Shown here: positions 50,272-61,254 of the stretch, one piece after another
How positions within the stretch are numbered: position 1 is the first letter of the stretch
Layout of the letters: each line of letters opens with the position of its first letter
Assembly (NCBI GenBank): GCA_963675595.2
Contig: CAXXLZ010000002.1
Location: 3,904,001 to 3,968,000, forward strand
DNA from: Thermodesulfobacteriota bacterium
GTDB lineage: Bacteria > Desulfobacterota > Desulfarculia > JACQYL01
Direction: 5' to 3'
Length of the DNA: 64,000 nt
Translations under genes and position numbers: made by a program
Notes under the pieces: generated by a model
What the model was told of the DNA's origin: nothing
Seen by the model: only the letters and a program-made list of their open reading frames with translations
Databases searched by the model: none

Positions 50272-50607
50272 GGCGGAAGCGCCGTGAAGGGGCCCGGGGG
50301 AGCGTGGTTCTCCCGGCGACCCCATGATCAAATACCGAACATCGGCTCCCCTCAATCGGAGTGCCGCCTATTCTCCCGCACTGGCTGGGCGGCCCCGGTC
50401 GGCACAAGAACGACTATCGTGATAATTTGTGTAACCGTATGGTAATAGAACAGCTCATCTACTGAAGGCGTCAAAACGCAATGGGTTCGGCCCATTCGCC
50501 GTTAGGCCTCATCTCGTTGGGAAGGATTGGGCTCCCCTTTTGTCGGGGGGCGGGATCCGACCGGCGTTCGAAGGCTTCCCATCCCTATTATTGGAGACAA
50601 GGGGCTC

Positions 50608-51522
50608 TTAGAGCAGTTTTCTCGCCAGGTTTTCGATCAGCTCTCGGTTCTCCAGTTTTTCCCGCCACAACAAAGGAACGGCGTCCACACCAAGGTAGGC
50701 CCCGGAGAGTGCGCACGCCATGGCCCCCAGTGTGTCGCGGTCTCCGCCGTTCAGGATCGCGCAGAAAAGGCAGTCCTCAAACGACATGGGATACCTGAGA
50801 AAGGCATAGAAAGCGAACGGCAAGGATTCATTCACCGCGACGGAACGGCCGAGGGCGTTCGCCGCCGGTTCCGCATCGGAGCTTTCGCTTACCAGCTCCG
50901 CCAAACGTTCCATTTTTTCCCGCATCTGTTGGGTTTTCGGGAATCTCACGAGGCTGTTCAGAAAACGATCGGTGGGGAAAGGGTGGTCGGGGTCGATCTT
51001 TACCGCTTCGCCCACGGCGAAAGCCAGTGTGGCCGCACCGTCCATCCCTACGGGGTGGGTGTGCGTCACCCTCGCGGAAGCACACGCCTCATCGTAGAGT
51101 AACCGAGAATCGTGGTAAAATAGCCCGACGGGCGACACACGCATGGCGGCGCCGTTTCCGAAGGAGCCTGCGCCCCCGAACAAGCGCGCCGCCGCTTCGG
51201 GGTATGGAATTCCTTGTGAAGCCACGATTTGGAAGATCATGGGCGGCCCCGGGGCGTAGCCCCTCCATGGCTCCGCATCGTAATTTCGCCGGAAAACGTC
51301 CCCCAGCCGCTGGACGTCGATCTTTCGGACTTGGCCCAGCGTTTCGGCGATCCCCAAAGCCATGGCCGTGTCGTCGGTATATCGCAGAACGGGAATCTCT
51401 TCCAGAACCGAGGTCAATTTGGCACGATCGGGACACTCAAAGGCCATCTCGCCGATGGCGTCTCCGATTCCGGATCCAAGCATGGAACCCAGGAACTTGG
51501 ATTCAAGATCGGGTCGGTGCAT
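50608..51522 (-). CDS. ADP-ribosylglycohydrolase (DraG/ARH3 family)
   Basis: GDAIG, YTDDT, GNGAAMR, THTHP, GGDRDT; ATG 51522 with AAGGAG RBS. Confidence 0.93.
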   Translation of the reverse strand: MHRPDLESKFLGSMLGSGIGDAIGEMAFECPDRAKLTSVLEEIPVLRYTDDTAMALGIAETLGQVRKIDVQRLGDVFRRNYDAEPWRGYAPGPPMIFQIVASQGIPYPEAAARLFGGAGSFGNGAAMRVSPVGLFYHDSRLLYDEACASARVTHTHPVGMDGAATLAFAVGEAVKIDPDHPFPTDRFLNSLVRFPKTQQMREKMERLAELVSESSDAEPAANALGRSVAVNESLPFAFYAFLRYPMSFEDCLFCAILNGGDRDTLGAMACALSGAYLGVDAVPLLWREKLENRELIENLARKLL

Positions 51523-51751
51523 AGGTGCTCCTTTCGTTCTGATGAACCGGAACAAGGGACCCGCTGCCGAATGCGGGGCCCGCCCGAGGCGGGCCGGTGG
51601 GATGATTCTTAGTGTTTGACGGATCATTGCAGAATTCCTTTCCGGTGTCCATGGATTCCGGAAACACGGGTGCCCGGAGCCGGCTTAATGAGTCCGGGCT
51701 CGCGAACGAGTAACGCGCTGTTTGGAATAGGCACAACGTGCCGGCGGAGGG

Positions 51752-54700
51752 ATGATCTTGCTCAAAACCTACGTGAGTAATCGTCAGGAACTACTGCTGG
51801 ACCGTTTGGTCCAAGTGCTGGAAGCTCCATCTCCGTCCGTACTTTGTCCGGAAGTGATTCTAGTGCAAAGCAAGGGAATGGAACGCTGGATCTCTCTCGA
51901 ATTGGCTGCTCGGTGGGGGATTTGCGCCAACTGCAGATTCCTGTTTCCCAACACCCTGGTCGAAGAAGTATTCGAGGCTTATTTCTCCGGATCCTCACAA
52001 GATGATGGGTTTTCCAAGGACAGGCTCGCTTGGCGGATCATGGGACTTCTTCCCACGTTGTCCAAGGAACGAGCCTTTGAGGACATACGCCGATACCTGT
52101 CCGAAGATCCTACCGGACTGAAGCTGTACCAGGTATCTGCGAAGGTTGCCGATCTGTTCGATCAATATCTGACCTTTCGCCCCGACATGCTCCTCAAGTG
52201 GGAAAGGACCCGAGATTCCAGCTGGCAAGCCGTGCTTTGGCGCAAGATCGTGGGTGATTCCACGGGCACGCACCGAGCAGCTCTCTTGGAACGCTTTCTG
52301 GAATGCGCGGCGCGTGGGGAGACTCCCGGGTCCCACCTGCCGGTGAGGATCAGTGTTTTCGGTATTTCCTACTTGCCCGGGTTCCACCTTGAGGTGCTCA
52401 ATGCGATTTCCAGGTTTTCCGATGTCCACTTCTTTCTGATGAATCCGTGCAAGGTCTACTGGGGAGATATTCGGTCGAGCCGTGAAATCGCGGGCATCGA
52501 AGCCGCGGCGGGACGGAAGGAGCAATCGGAGCCGGAGCTTCACTTCGAGGAAGGAGCCCTGCTTCTGGCCTCTCTCGGGGTTCATGGAAGGGAGTTCTTC
52601 AATCTGGTCCAGGACATGGACGTGACGGAAGAATCGCAGGATTTCGAGGATCCCGGGACCGACACTCTCTTGGCGAAAACTCAGTCCGAGATTCTCAACT
52701 TGGGGGACGGAGAAGTTCAAGAGCCTTCCAGCGTTCCGCTCTCTCCGCCGGACCATTCCATCGCGATACATTCGTGCCACAGTCCCATGAGGGAAATCGA
52801 AGTGCTTCACGACGCGCTTCTTTCCCTTTTCCAGTCCAATCCGGAACTCCGGCCCGAAGATGTGGCCGTCATGACGCCCGACATCGATATCTATGCCCCT
52901 TTCATACGGGCGGTGTTCGACGCTCCCGAAGAGGTCGACGAGAGGATTCCGTACACGGTTGCCGACCGCAGCCTAAGAAATGAGGGGCGGCTCGCGGAAC
53001 CGTTTTTGGCTCTATTGGCGCTATGGGAAGGCCGCCTTGGGGTATCGGAGGTTCAGGCCATTGCCGAGGCGCTCCCCGTCCGACAAAGATTCGGATTTTC
53101 CGAAACGGACATGGAATTGCTCGCGCGGTGGGTTTCGGAGACGGGAATACGATGGGGACTGGACGGAGAGGAGCGGGCACGCTTGGGGTTGCCGCGAACG
53201 GAGGAGAACACCTGGAGAGCGGGCTTGGACCGACTTCTGTTGGGCTTGGCCATGCCGGACGGACAGGGTTGTGAATTCGCCGGCATTATCCCCTATGACG
53301 CAATCGAAGGTGCTTCGGCGTCGATCCTGGGTGCGTTTCTTGAATTTGCCGAACGGTTGTTCCGATGGCGAGCTCAATCGGGTGAAGCAAAGACCCTCGA
53401 AGAGTGGGGGCGGCTTCTCTTGGAGGTACTGGATGCTTTTTTCGAGCCCTCGGCGGAAACCGAAAGGGAAATGCAGACCATCCGAGGAATGATCCAACGC
53501 CTTTCGTCGCAGCAGGCGGACCTGGGCGAGGGACACAAAGTGGGCCCCACCGTGGTTTCGGCTTTTTTTAAACAGCGTTTCCAGGGAGAGTATCTTGGAT
53601 CCGGTTTTCTAGGTGGAGGGGTGACTTTCTGCTCCATGCTTCCCATGCGCAGCATTCCTTTTGAGGTAATCTGCCTGTTGGGAATGGACTCGGAGGCTTT
53701 CCCCAGGAAGTCCAAAGTCATGGAATTCGATCTCATCGCCAGGCATCCCCGACCGGGTGACCGATCCCGAAGGCATGACGATCGCTATTTGTTCTTGGAA
53801 ACTCTGTTGTCGGCGCGCCGCAAGCTTCACATCAGCTATGTGGGGCAGAGAATCCAGGACAACGAAGAGATTTCACCTTCCGTGGTGGTCAGCGAGCTGC
53901 TTGATTCCCTGCAACGAACCATCGGAGAGGCGCATGAGGCGACGGTGGAAAGACTCATAGTGACCAAGCATCGTCTTCAGGCCTTCAATCCCGCCTATTT
54001 CCGAGAAGAGGGAAACCTGTTCAGCTATTCCAAGGTCAATTGCCGCGCCGCGCAAAGCCTGAACTCCATTCATGAACTCCCGCCGTTCTTTGGTGTGCCT
54101 TTGGATGAGCCCGGAGAAGAATGGAGAACCGTCGACCTGGACTTCCTGTGCGATTTCTTCTCCAATCCCTGCAAAGTGCTGCTGAAGAATCGGCTGGGGG
54201 CGGCACTCGAAGAAGAGGTTCCGAGTCCCGAAGATCGAGAGGTTTTCGCTCTGGACGCCCTTCAAGCCCACAAGGTCCGGGAGGAAATGTCGCGGGCGTT
54301 GTTGGCCGGGGAAGCGGAGCAGGACGTCTTGCGGCGCATGGTCAAGTTAGGACGACTGCCACACGGCGTTGTGGGATTGTGCGGGTTCGACAGGCTGAAG
54401 TGGGAAGTAAAGGCATTCGTGGAACGAGTTCGGGAGAGCATGACGGAAGAAAGACCTCCCATGGAAGTGGATATGACATTCAATCATTTTCGTCTGGTCG
54501 GCGGGATTCGGGGAATTCGTGGGCAGGGACTGGTTGGATTTCGTTGCGCCAAAATCAAGCCCAAAGATCGTCTGCGCATGTGGATTCGCCACTTGGTTTT
54601 GTGTGCGCTGAGCGTCGAACCGCCTTACTCGGAAAGCTTGCACATTGGGCTGGACCTGACCTGCGGATATGCTCGACCGCAAGATCCCCGCGCCGTTTTG

Positions 54701-54997
54701 GCCTCACTTTTGGAGCTTTACGGGGAGGGGCTCCGCCGGCCTATTCCCTTTTATCCCGTCGCCTCCTTCACCTACGCCGCTGAGCGCCTTAAGGACAAGA
54801 GCTCGGAAGCGAAGGCTTTGCGAAAGGCATTGAGAGAATGGGTGAGCGGAGACTTTCCAGGTCAACAAGGAGAAGATCGGGACCCGTATTTCGATGCGTG
54901 CTTTCGCGATAAGATTCCGCTGGGCGACGAGTTTCGGAGCTTGGCCGAACGGATATTCTTTCCCATGCTGGAGCATGAAAGGGAACTCAAAGCATGA
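51752..54997 (+). CDS. recC: Exodeoxyribonuclease V gamma subunit
   Basis: LVQSKGMERW, DLFDQY, NPCKVYWGDI, HSCHSPMREIEVLHD, LPMRSIPF, DRYLFLE. Confidence 0.95.
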   Translation: MILLKTYVSNRQELLLDRLVQVLEAPSPSVLCPEVILVQSKGMERWISLELAARWGICANCRFLFPNTLVEEVFEAYFSGSSQDDGFSKDRLAWRIMGLLPTLSKERAFEDIRRYLSEDPTGLKLYQVSAKVADLFDQYLTFRPDMLLKWERTRDSSWQAVLWRKIVGDSTGTHRAALLERFLECAARGETPGSHLPVRISVFGISYLPGFHLEVLNAISRFSDVHFFLMNPCKVYWGDIRSSREIAGIEAAAGRKEQSEPELHFEEGALLLASLGVHGREFFNLVQDMDVTEESQDFEDPGTDTLLAKTQSEILNLGDGEVQEPSSVPLSPPDHSIAIHSCHSPMREIEVLHDALLSLFQSNPELRPEDVAVMTPDIDIYAPFIRAVFDAPEEVDERIPYTVADRSLRNEGRLAEPFLALLALWEGRLGVSEVQAIAEALPVRQRFGFSETDMELLARWVSETGIRWGLDGEERARLGLPRTEENTWRAGLDRLLLGLAMPDGQGCEFAGIIPYDAIEGASASILGAFLEFAERLFRWRAQSGEAKTLEEWGRLLLEVLDAFFEPSAETEREMQTIRGMIQRLSSQQADLGEGHKVGPTVVSAFFKQRFQGEYLGSGFLGGGVTFCSMLPMRSIPFEVICLLGMDSEAFPRKSKVMEFDLIARHPRPGDRSRRHDDRYLFLETLLSARRKLHISYVGQRIQDNEEISPSVVVSELLDSLQRTIGEAHEATVERLIVTKHRLQAFNPAYFREEGNLFSYSKVNCRAAQSLNSIHELPPFFGVPLDEPGEEWRTVDLDFLCDFFSNPCKVLLKNRLGAALEEEVPSPEDREVFALDALQAHKVREEMSRALLAGEAEQDVLRRMVKLGRLPHGVVGLCGFDRLKWEVKAFVERVRESMTEERPPMEVDMTFNHFRLVGGIRGIRGQGLVGFRCAKIKPKDRLRMWIRHLVLCALSVEPPYSESLHIGLDLTCGYARPQDPRAVLASLLELYGEGLRRPIPFYPVASFTYAAERLKDKSSEAKALRKALREWVSGDFPGQQGEDRDPYFDACFRDKIPLGDEFRSLAERIFFPMLEHERELKA

Positions 54998-57900
54998 ATC
55001 CGGAGATGCGGAACGGCAAACGGAACAGCGCGGTCGGGCAAGAGGAGTTGGATCTGTTTGCCGCCCCGTTGGAGGGGGTCAATCTCATCGAGGCTAGTGC
55101 GGGGACGGGGAAGACTTTCGCCATCGCCGCGCTTTACCTTCGCCTGATACTGGAGAGGGAACTGAGCGTCGACCGGATTCTGGTTGTGACGTTCACCAAG
55201 GCGGCCACCGATGAGTTGAGGAGTCGGATTCGAAAGCGTCTTGTCGGTGCCTTGAAGGTCATGGAGGGAGGATCCTCGGATGACCCTTTCGTTGTTCGAT
55301 ACCTGCAAGGAGGTTCCGTAACCTCCCTGTCGATAAGGCTGCTGCGAAACGCCATTGTGAATTTCGACGAAGCGGCGATCTTTACCATTCATGGATTTTG
55401 TCGACGGGTGCTGCAGGAAAACGCTTTTGAAAGCGGAAGCCCCTTCGACACCGAGCTGGTGTCGGACCAAAACGACTTGGCCCGAGAGGCGGCGGAGGAC
55501 TTCTGGCGTTCCCACATGTACTCGGCTCCGTACGATTTCGTCCATTTCGTCACGAATTGCAGGAACACCGGGGTCGAGACTTTCGTAGGTCTGGCGAACG
55601 ATTACGGCTCCAAATGGGATTTAAAGGTTCTTCCGGACCCGATTGCCGGCGTGGAGCGGGTGGAACCCTCGCTTTTTCAACCCGTCCGCCTTGCGGCGGC
55701 CCAACTGGGCGACCTCTGGAGAGGGAGAAGGAGCGAGATTGCGGAGGCCGTGAAGTCACCGGCCATGAACGGAAATCTTTACAGAAAGAGCAGTATTCCG
55801 TTTTGGATTAAAGAAATGGACGCTTATTTCGACCGAGACCCCTTCGTTCCATTTCCGCTTCCCAAATCTCTGACTAAGTGGACGGCCGAGTCCATTGCGG
55901 GAGGAACAAAAAAGAACCAAAAACCTCCCGAACATCCGTTCTTTCATGCCTGCGGCGATTACCTGCGGGAGGCCTCGGCGCTGGAAACCGTATTGGACGA
56001 GGTGCTGCTGGGATTGAAAGTCAAATTCCTGAGAGGATTGAAGGAGGAACTCGATTTCAGGAAGGAGCGGAGGAACCTTCAGCACTTTGATGACCTATTG
56101 CTGAAGGTTCGAAAATCTCTGGCTCAGGGCGGAGGCTCGCCTTTGGGAAAAGCGGTGCGCGGAAAATTCGCGGCGGCGCTTGTGGATGAATTTCAGGACA
56201 CGGATCCGGTTCAATATGCTATTTTTCGTACCGTTTTCGCAAAAGGCCGAAAGCCTTTGTTCCTGATCGGCGATCCGAAGCAGGCTATTTATAGTTTTCG
56301 TGGCGCAGACCTGTATTCCTACCTTAAAGCTTCGGGACAAGTGGACCGTAGGTTCACTTTGCCCGTCAATCGGCGCTCCGTGCCGGGCTTGATCGAGGCG
56401 GTGAACACCTTGTTCTCGGCAGTCCCCAATCCCTTTCTGTATCAGGAGATCGCGTTTCATCCCACCAGGCCCCCGGAGGCCGGACTTCCCCGCCTGCTCA
56501 CGGAGAGCGGTGAGACCGGAAAGCCCCTGCAACTTTGGATTGTGGATTCGGAGAGCGACAAGGCGGAATCGGGACTTACGGAAAAAGAGAGTGATGTTTT
56601 GTCCGCGGTCGTCGGAGACGATGTCGATATCCGAATCTGTGATGCGGTGGCGGTCGAAATCCACCGCCTGCTTACCGGAGCGCGTGAGTCTCGAATCCTT
56701 TTGGGCGGTGAGCCGTTGAAGGAAAGCGACATCGCCGTGCTGGTACGTACCCACATTCAGGCGCGCAAAGTTCAGAAGGCCCTGAACGGGGTGGGGATCA
56801 ACAGTGTGCTGTATAAGCAAGGGAACGTTTTTGCTTCAAGAGAATCGGAAGAGCTCTGTCGGGTAATGGAGGCGGTTCTGGAGCCCGCCGCGAGCCGGGT
56901 GCTTAAAGCGGCTCTCATTACGCGACTTCTGGGGTTGAACGGAGAGGACCTGGGAGCTTTCCACGAAGAAGATGCCGATTGGAGCGGGTGGGTTTCCAGG
57001 TTCAGCGAATACCGAGAACTTTGGGTTCGTTTCGGCTTCGCACGTATGTTCCGCACCTTGCTTCTGAGAGAGGGTATTCGAGAGTGTCTAGTGGCGAGGA
57101 CCGGGGGCGAGAGGGCTCTGACCAATCTTCTCCACTTGGCGGAATTGCTGCAGGAACAAGAAACAGGATCGAGCCTGCCTCCTCGGGGACTACTCAAATG
57201 GTTTTACGAGAAGCGACACGAGGACACGGCCTTGGAGGAACACGAGCTTCGTCTGGAAAGTGACGAGCGGGCGGTTAATGTGGTCACGATTCACAGAAGC
57301 AAGGGGCTCGAGTTCCCGGTGGTCTTCTGCCCATTCACTTGGGATGCTTCGGTCGAAAGCCGGAATCGGAGAATCATTTTTCACGATGCGCAAGACCATG
57401 ATCGGCTGACTGCGGACTTGGGATCTCGGGAGCGAAATCGTCATCTTGCGCAATCGCTCAAAGAAAATCTCGCTGAAGACGCTCGGCTCCTATATGTGGC
57501 GCTGACTCGAGCCGTAGCGCGTTGTTACCTGATCCAACCGAAAGGAGTGAGACTGAGGATTTCCGCGCAGGCGCTGCTCTCGGCGGGACCCGATCCTCTC
57601 GACCCGGAGGATCCCGTAGCCGACCTCTCAGCCCGGACGACGCAACTGGGAAGCGAAGGATTGGCGGCCAACCTGGAGAACCTGGCTCGTCGCGCACCTC
57701 TAAGCATGGAGGTGACTCATCCACGCCGGGAGGTAACGGGCAAGATGCCGCCTGTGACGGACGGGAGGCCTGTTCTCGTCTGTCGTGAATTCACGGGAAG
57801 CATTGTGAGGGATCGCCGACTGCTTAGTTTTACCTTCCTGGCCACCCGGGCGGAGGCCGAACCCGATCTGCCCGAACACGATGCCTTGCCCGCTCCGGAG

Positions 57901-58692
57901 GAGCGAGAGGAGATCGAAGAATCGGGGGAAGACCCGGACGAACGTTCCATCTTTCGCTTTCCCAAAGGAGCGGTTACGGGGAACTGTTTTCATGAGATTC
58001 TCGAGCGACTGGATTACACGGACGCTGATTCTCCCTCCGTGAAAGAACTCATTGCGGAAACATTGGACAGTTACGGATTCGACGATTTTTGGCTGGACTC
58101 CGTATTTCGGATGGTACGCAACGTAATCGAGGTGCCCCTGGTCCGCGGTCGCTCCGATTTCTCTTTGTCACTGATCGATCGCCGGCATCGGGTCAACGAG
58201 ATGGAATTCACCTTTCCGTTGGATGGTTTCTCATCCAAAGGCCTAAAAGAGGTCCTTCGTTCGGTAAGTCGGGACACGGAACACGCCTTGGGGGTCGTCG
58301 ATGTTTTGGAACGACTAGAGTTCTCTTCGTGCAGCGGTTTCATGAGGGGGTTTGTTGATCTGGTTTTCGAATTGGACGGGCGGTTCTTCTTGGTGGACTG
58401 GAAGACCAATCACCTCGGGAACCGCATCGGCGAGTACGGTACGCAAGCCCTGGAGTCCGCCATGATTCGGGAATTATACGTGCTTCAATACCTGATCTAT
58501 ACGGTGGCCGTGGATCGTTATCTCGCCCGGCGCCTTCCGGGATACCGTTATGAAGAGCACTTCGGAGGCGTGTTCTATTTGTTTCTCCGTGGTATCGACG
58601 CCCGGGTCGGGCCGGATTTCGGGGTGTATGCCGACCGACCATCGGCAAGGTTGGTGGCCGGGTTGTCCGAAGCGTTTGGGGGATACGGATAG
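54994..58692 (+). CDS. recB: Exodeoxyribonuclease V beta subunit
   Basis: EASAGTGKT, VDEFQDT, GDPKQAIY, TIHRSKGLEF, YVALTRA; nuclease GFVDLVF...DWKTN. Confidence 0.95.
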   Translation: MNPEMRNGKRNSAVGQEELDLFAAPLEGVNLIEASAGTGKTFAIAALYLRLILERELSVDRILVVTFTKAATDELRSRIRKRLVGALKVMEGGSSDDPFVVRYLQGGSVTSLSIRLLRNAIVNFDEAAIFTIHGFCRRVLQENAFESGSPFDTELVSDQNDLAREAAEDFWRSHMYSAPYDFVHFVTNCRNTGVETFVGLANDYGSKWDLKVLPDPIAGVERVEPSLFQPVRLAAAQLGDLWRGRRSEIAEAVKSPAMNGNLYRKSSIPFWIKEMDAYFDRDPFVPFPLPKSLTKWTAESIAGGTKKNQKPPEHPFFHACGDYLREASALETVLDEVLLGLKVKFLRGLKEELDFRKERRNLQHFDDLLLKVRKSLAQGGGSPLGKAVRGKFAAALVDEFQDTDPVQYAIFRTVFAKGRKPLFLIGDPKQAIYSFRGADLYSYLKASGQVDRRFTLPVNRRSVPGLIEAVNTLFSAVPNPFLYQEIAFHPTRPPEAGLPRLLTESGETGKPLQLWIVDSESDKAESGLTEKESDVLSAVVGDDVDIRICDAVAVEIHRLLTGARESRILLGGEPLKESDIAVLVRTHIQARKVQKALNGVGINSVLYKQGNVFASRESEELCRVMEAVLEPAASRVLKAALITRLLGLNGEDLGAFHEEDADWSGWVSRFSEYRELWVRFGFARMFRTLLLREGIRECLVARTGGERALTNLLHLAELLQEQETGSSLPPRGLLKWFYEKRHEDTALEEHELRLESDERAVNVVTIHRSKGLEFPVVFCPFTWDASVESRNRRIIFHDAQDHDRLTADLGSRERNRHLAQSLKENLAEDARLLYVALTRAVARCYLIQPKGVRLRISAQALLSAGPDPLDPEDPVADLSARTTQLGSEGLAANLENLARRAPLSMEVTHPRREVTGKMPPVTDGRPVLVCREFTGSIVRDRRLLSFTFLATRAEAEPDLPEHDALPAPEEREEIEESGEDPDERSIFRFPKGAVTGNCFHEILERLDYTDADSPSVKELIAETLDSYGFDDFWLDSVFRMVRNVIEVPLVRGRSDFSLSLIDRRHRVNEMEFTFPLDGFSSKGLKEVLRSVSRDTEHALGVVDVLERLEFSSCSGFMRGFVDLVFELDGRFFLVDWKTNHLGNRIGEYGTQALESAMIRELYVLQYLIYTVAVDRYLARRLPGYRYEEHFGGVFYLFLRGIDARVGPDFGVYADRPSARLVAGLSEAFGGYG

Positions 58693-58781
58693 TTGGATGG
58701 ACTCCCTGCTGATCGTGCCGTCCTTTCATTCCTTACCGGCCGTTGCGACGCCGTGACGGAGACCCTACCGACGGGAACTGT

Positions 58782-60674
58782 ATGGATCTGGATGCTCTTA
58801 CATTCTTGAGTTCATCGGGACTATTGTCCCCTCTTGACGTTCATTTCGGCCGTTTCATCGCCGGGAAGCACATTCCCGGGGGGATATGCGCCTATGCCGG
58901 GATGGCCGGAGCTTTGGCCGGAAGATACACCGGCATGGGGAACGTGTGTGTGGACTTGAAGCGGCTTTCCGGCCGATTGTGGCCTCCCGACGCCGCCCCT
59001 TCGGAGGGCGTGCGATTGCCGGACTTCAGCGTCTGGCGGAGACGTTTGTTGGAAGGTGAGGCCGTGGGGCGTCCGGGAGAAAGAAAGCCTTTGATCCTGG
59101 ATTCGAAGGGGCGGCTGTATCTGTTTCGATACTGGAATTATGAAAGGCGGCTTGCCGAGGCCATTCTTGGACTGGCGGCGGAACCCGTCCGGGTTCCGGA
59201 CGTGGACGGGCTCAAGGAGGGATTGTTACGCTTGTTTCCTTCCGACGGGGTTGAAGAGACGGACCGGCAGCAAGTGGCTGCGATGTGCGCTTTGACCCGG
59301 AGGTTCTGCGTGATTACCGGAGGGCCGGGTACCGGCAAGACCACGACCGTGGCCAAGATTTTGGCGCTGTTTGTCGAGCGGCAACCGGAGATCGCCGCGA
59401 AGATCGCATTGGCGGCGCCTACGGGTAAGGCTGCGGCCCGGTTGAAAGAGTCTCTTCGATGGGCCGTGAGCGGGCTTGATTGCCGAAAAGAGGTGGTTGA
59501 AGCCGTCCCCATGGAGGCGTGCACGATTCACCGCCTTCTAGGAAGTCGTGTGGGCACTCCTTATTTTCAACACCACAAGGAAAACCCTTTGTCCAAACAG
59601 CTCGTCATCGTGGACGAGGCTTCCATGGTGGACCTGCCGCTGATGTCCAAACTCATTCAGGCCCTTCCGGAACAGGGTCGTCTGATTCTTCTGGGAGACA
59701 AGGACCAATTGGCCTCGGTTGAAGCGGGCGCGCTGTTGGGAGATATTTGCTCGGACGAAGCAACGGACTGTTTCTCCGAAGGATTCGAAAGGCTGTGCCG
59801 ATCCCTTACGGGAAGGCCGCTTTCCGGATGGGTGCGTCGGGAGGACCAAAGTGGATTGTGCGACGGCATCGTCGAACTCACGCGGAATTACAGGTTTTCC
59901 GACGCCGGGGGCATCGCGGTCGTCGGCGAATTGGTGAAACAAGGCAAGGGCACGAAAGCCTTGCAGGTCTTGGCCGAGGGAAAGGCTCCGGGCGTAACTT
60001 GGCGGCCCTTGCCTGGTCCGGACGTACTCGGGCGCGCCCTTAAGGAGTTGGTTTCAGACGTTTTTGAGGATTATGGGGAACGGGTTCGCGAAACCTGCAA
60101 GCTTGGAGTCGGTGAGGAAGGCGCGATCGGCCTGCTGCAGTACCTTAGGCGTTTTCGGATCCTTTCACCGGTACGGCAGGGCCCTTTCGGAGTCGTCGGT
60201 TTGAACAGGATGGTGGAGTCGATCTTGGGGGAATACGGAACCACGGGGTCGGGACCGGCACCTTACCCCGGGAAACCCATAATGGTCTTGCGAAACGACT
60301 ATCATCTGAAGTTGTTCAACGGGGATGTGGGAGTCTTGTTGCCGAACCCGTCTAATCCTGGAGAGTTGTTTGCCTATTTCGAGACACCGGAGGGGGCCAT
60401 CCGATCGTACCCCATCGCGTCTCTCCCCCAGTGGGAGACCGTGTACGCGATGACGGTGCACAAGAGTCAGGGTTCTGAATTCGACCGGGTGTTGTTGGTT
60501 CTTCCGGATCGTAGGGTCGAGGTGCTGTCGAGGGAGTTGATTTATACTGCCGTTTCGCGGGCCAAGCGGAGCGTGGAGATTTGGGGAACGGAAAGCGTGT
60601 TTCAGTTTGCCGTGGCGCGAAAGGTCGAACGGGGTTCCGGGTTGGCCGACGCCTTGGGCTTTGAGTCGGACTGA
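58782..60674 (+). CDS. recD: Exodeoxyribonuclease V alpha subunit
   Basis: GGPGTGKTT, APTGKAA, TIHRLL, DEASMVD, GDKDQL, TVHKSQGSE, YTAVSRA. Confidence 0.95.
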   Translation: MDLDALTFLSSSGLLSPLDVHFGRFIAGKHIPGGICAYAGMAGALAGRYTGMGNVCVDLKRLSGRLWPPDAAPSEGVRLPDFSVWRRRLLEGEAVGRPGERKPLILDSKGRLYLFRYWNYERRLAEAILGLAAEPVRVPDVDGLKEGLLRLFPSDGVEETDRQQVAAMCALTRRFCVITGGPGTGKTTTVAKILALFVERQPEIAAKIALAAPTGKAAARLKESLRWAVSGLDCRKEVVEAVPMEACTIHRLLGSRVGTPYFQHHKENPLSKQLVIVDEASMVDLPLMSKLIQALPEQGRLILLGDKDQLASVEAGALLGDICSDEATDCFSEGFERLCRSLTGRPLSGWVRREDQSGLCDGIVELTRNYRFSDAGGIAVVGELVKQGKGTKALQVLAEGKAPGVTWRPLPGPDVLGRALKELVSDVFEDYGERVRETCKLGVGEEGAIGLLQYLRRFRILSPVRQGPFGVVGLNRMVESILGEYGTTGSGPAPYPGKPIMVLRNDYHLKLFNGDVGVLLPNPSNPGELFAYFETPEGAIRSYPIASLPQWETVYAMTVHKSQGSEFDRVLLVLPDRRVEVLSRELIYTAVSRAKRSVEIWGTESVFQFAVARKVERGSGLADALGFESD

Positions 60675-61254
60675 GCGGTATGGGCACCGTGAGGTCCTTT
60701 TCCGTGAAGCACACATTAAGACTTGAAGGAGAGAGCGGACCCCGGTTAGGTATATAGTTGGAACGAGTGTCGCCTCGGGCGCACCAATCCGCCGTCGACG
60801 GAATCCGTAGTTCCACAATCCAGGCAGCGAGCACTTCATTCTTTCGTCCAAGTGTGTTTCAAGAATCAACGAGCAGGAAAACCTCGTCCCGGGATTTGGT
60901 CGGCGGCGTGAGAATTCCCAAGGAACGCAGTCTCGAACACCCGACACACAAAAGAGGAAACGATGAAAAGACTAATGGTCCCGGCGTTTTTTTGCGCCGC
61001 CGTCATCACTTCTTCCCGGAACCTTGCGTCCCCATTGGATGGTTGCATGTTCCCGGCGAGATGAAGAGACGATCGGGAGCCTCTTTTACGTTTGAGGAGC
61101 CGGAAGAACGAACCCACACCGGAGCCTGAGGACGCGCTCTGAGGACAAGGGGGCGATGTGTTGTGCCGGGCCTCCATGACCGGCGCTTACGTTTACCGCC
61201 CACCATATGGAAACCGTTGCACCGAATTCAAACCCACCCAAAATGGGAGGAATC

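Noticed and set aside
51752-60674. recCBD as a novel defence helicase-nuclease system
   Set aside because: Canonical order and all standard motifs; ordinary DNA repair.
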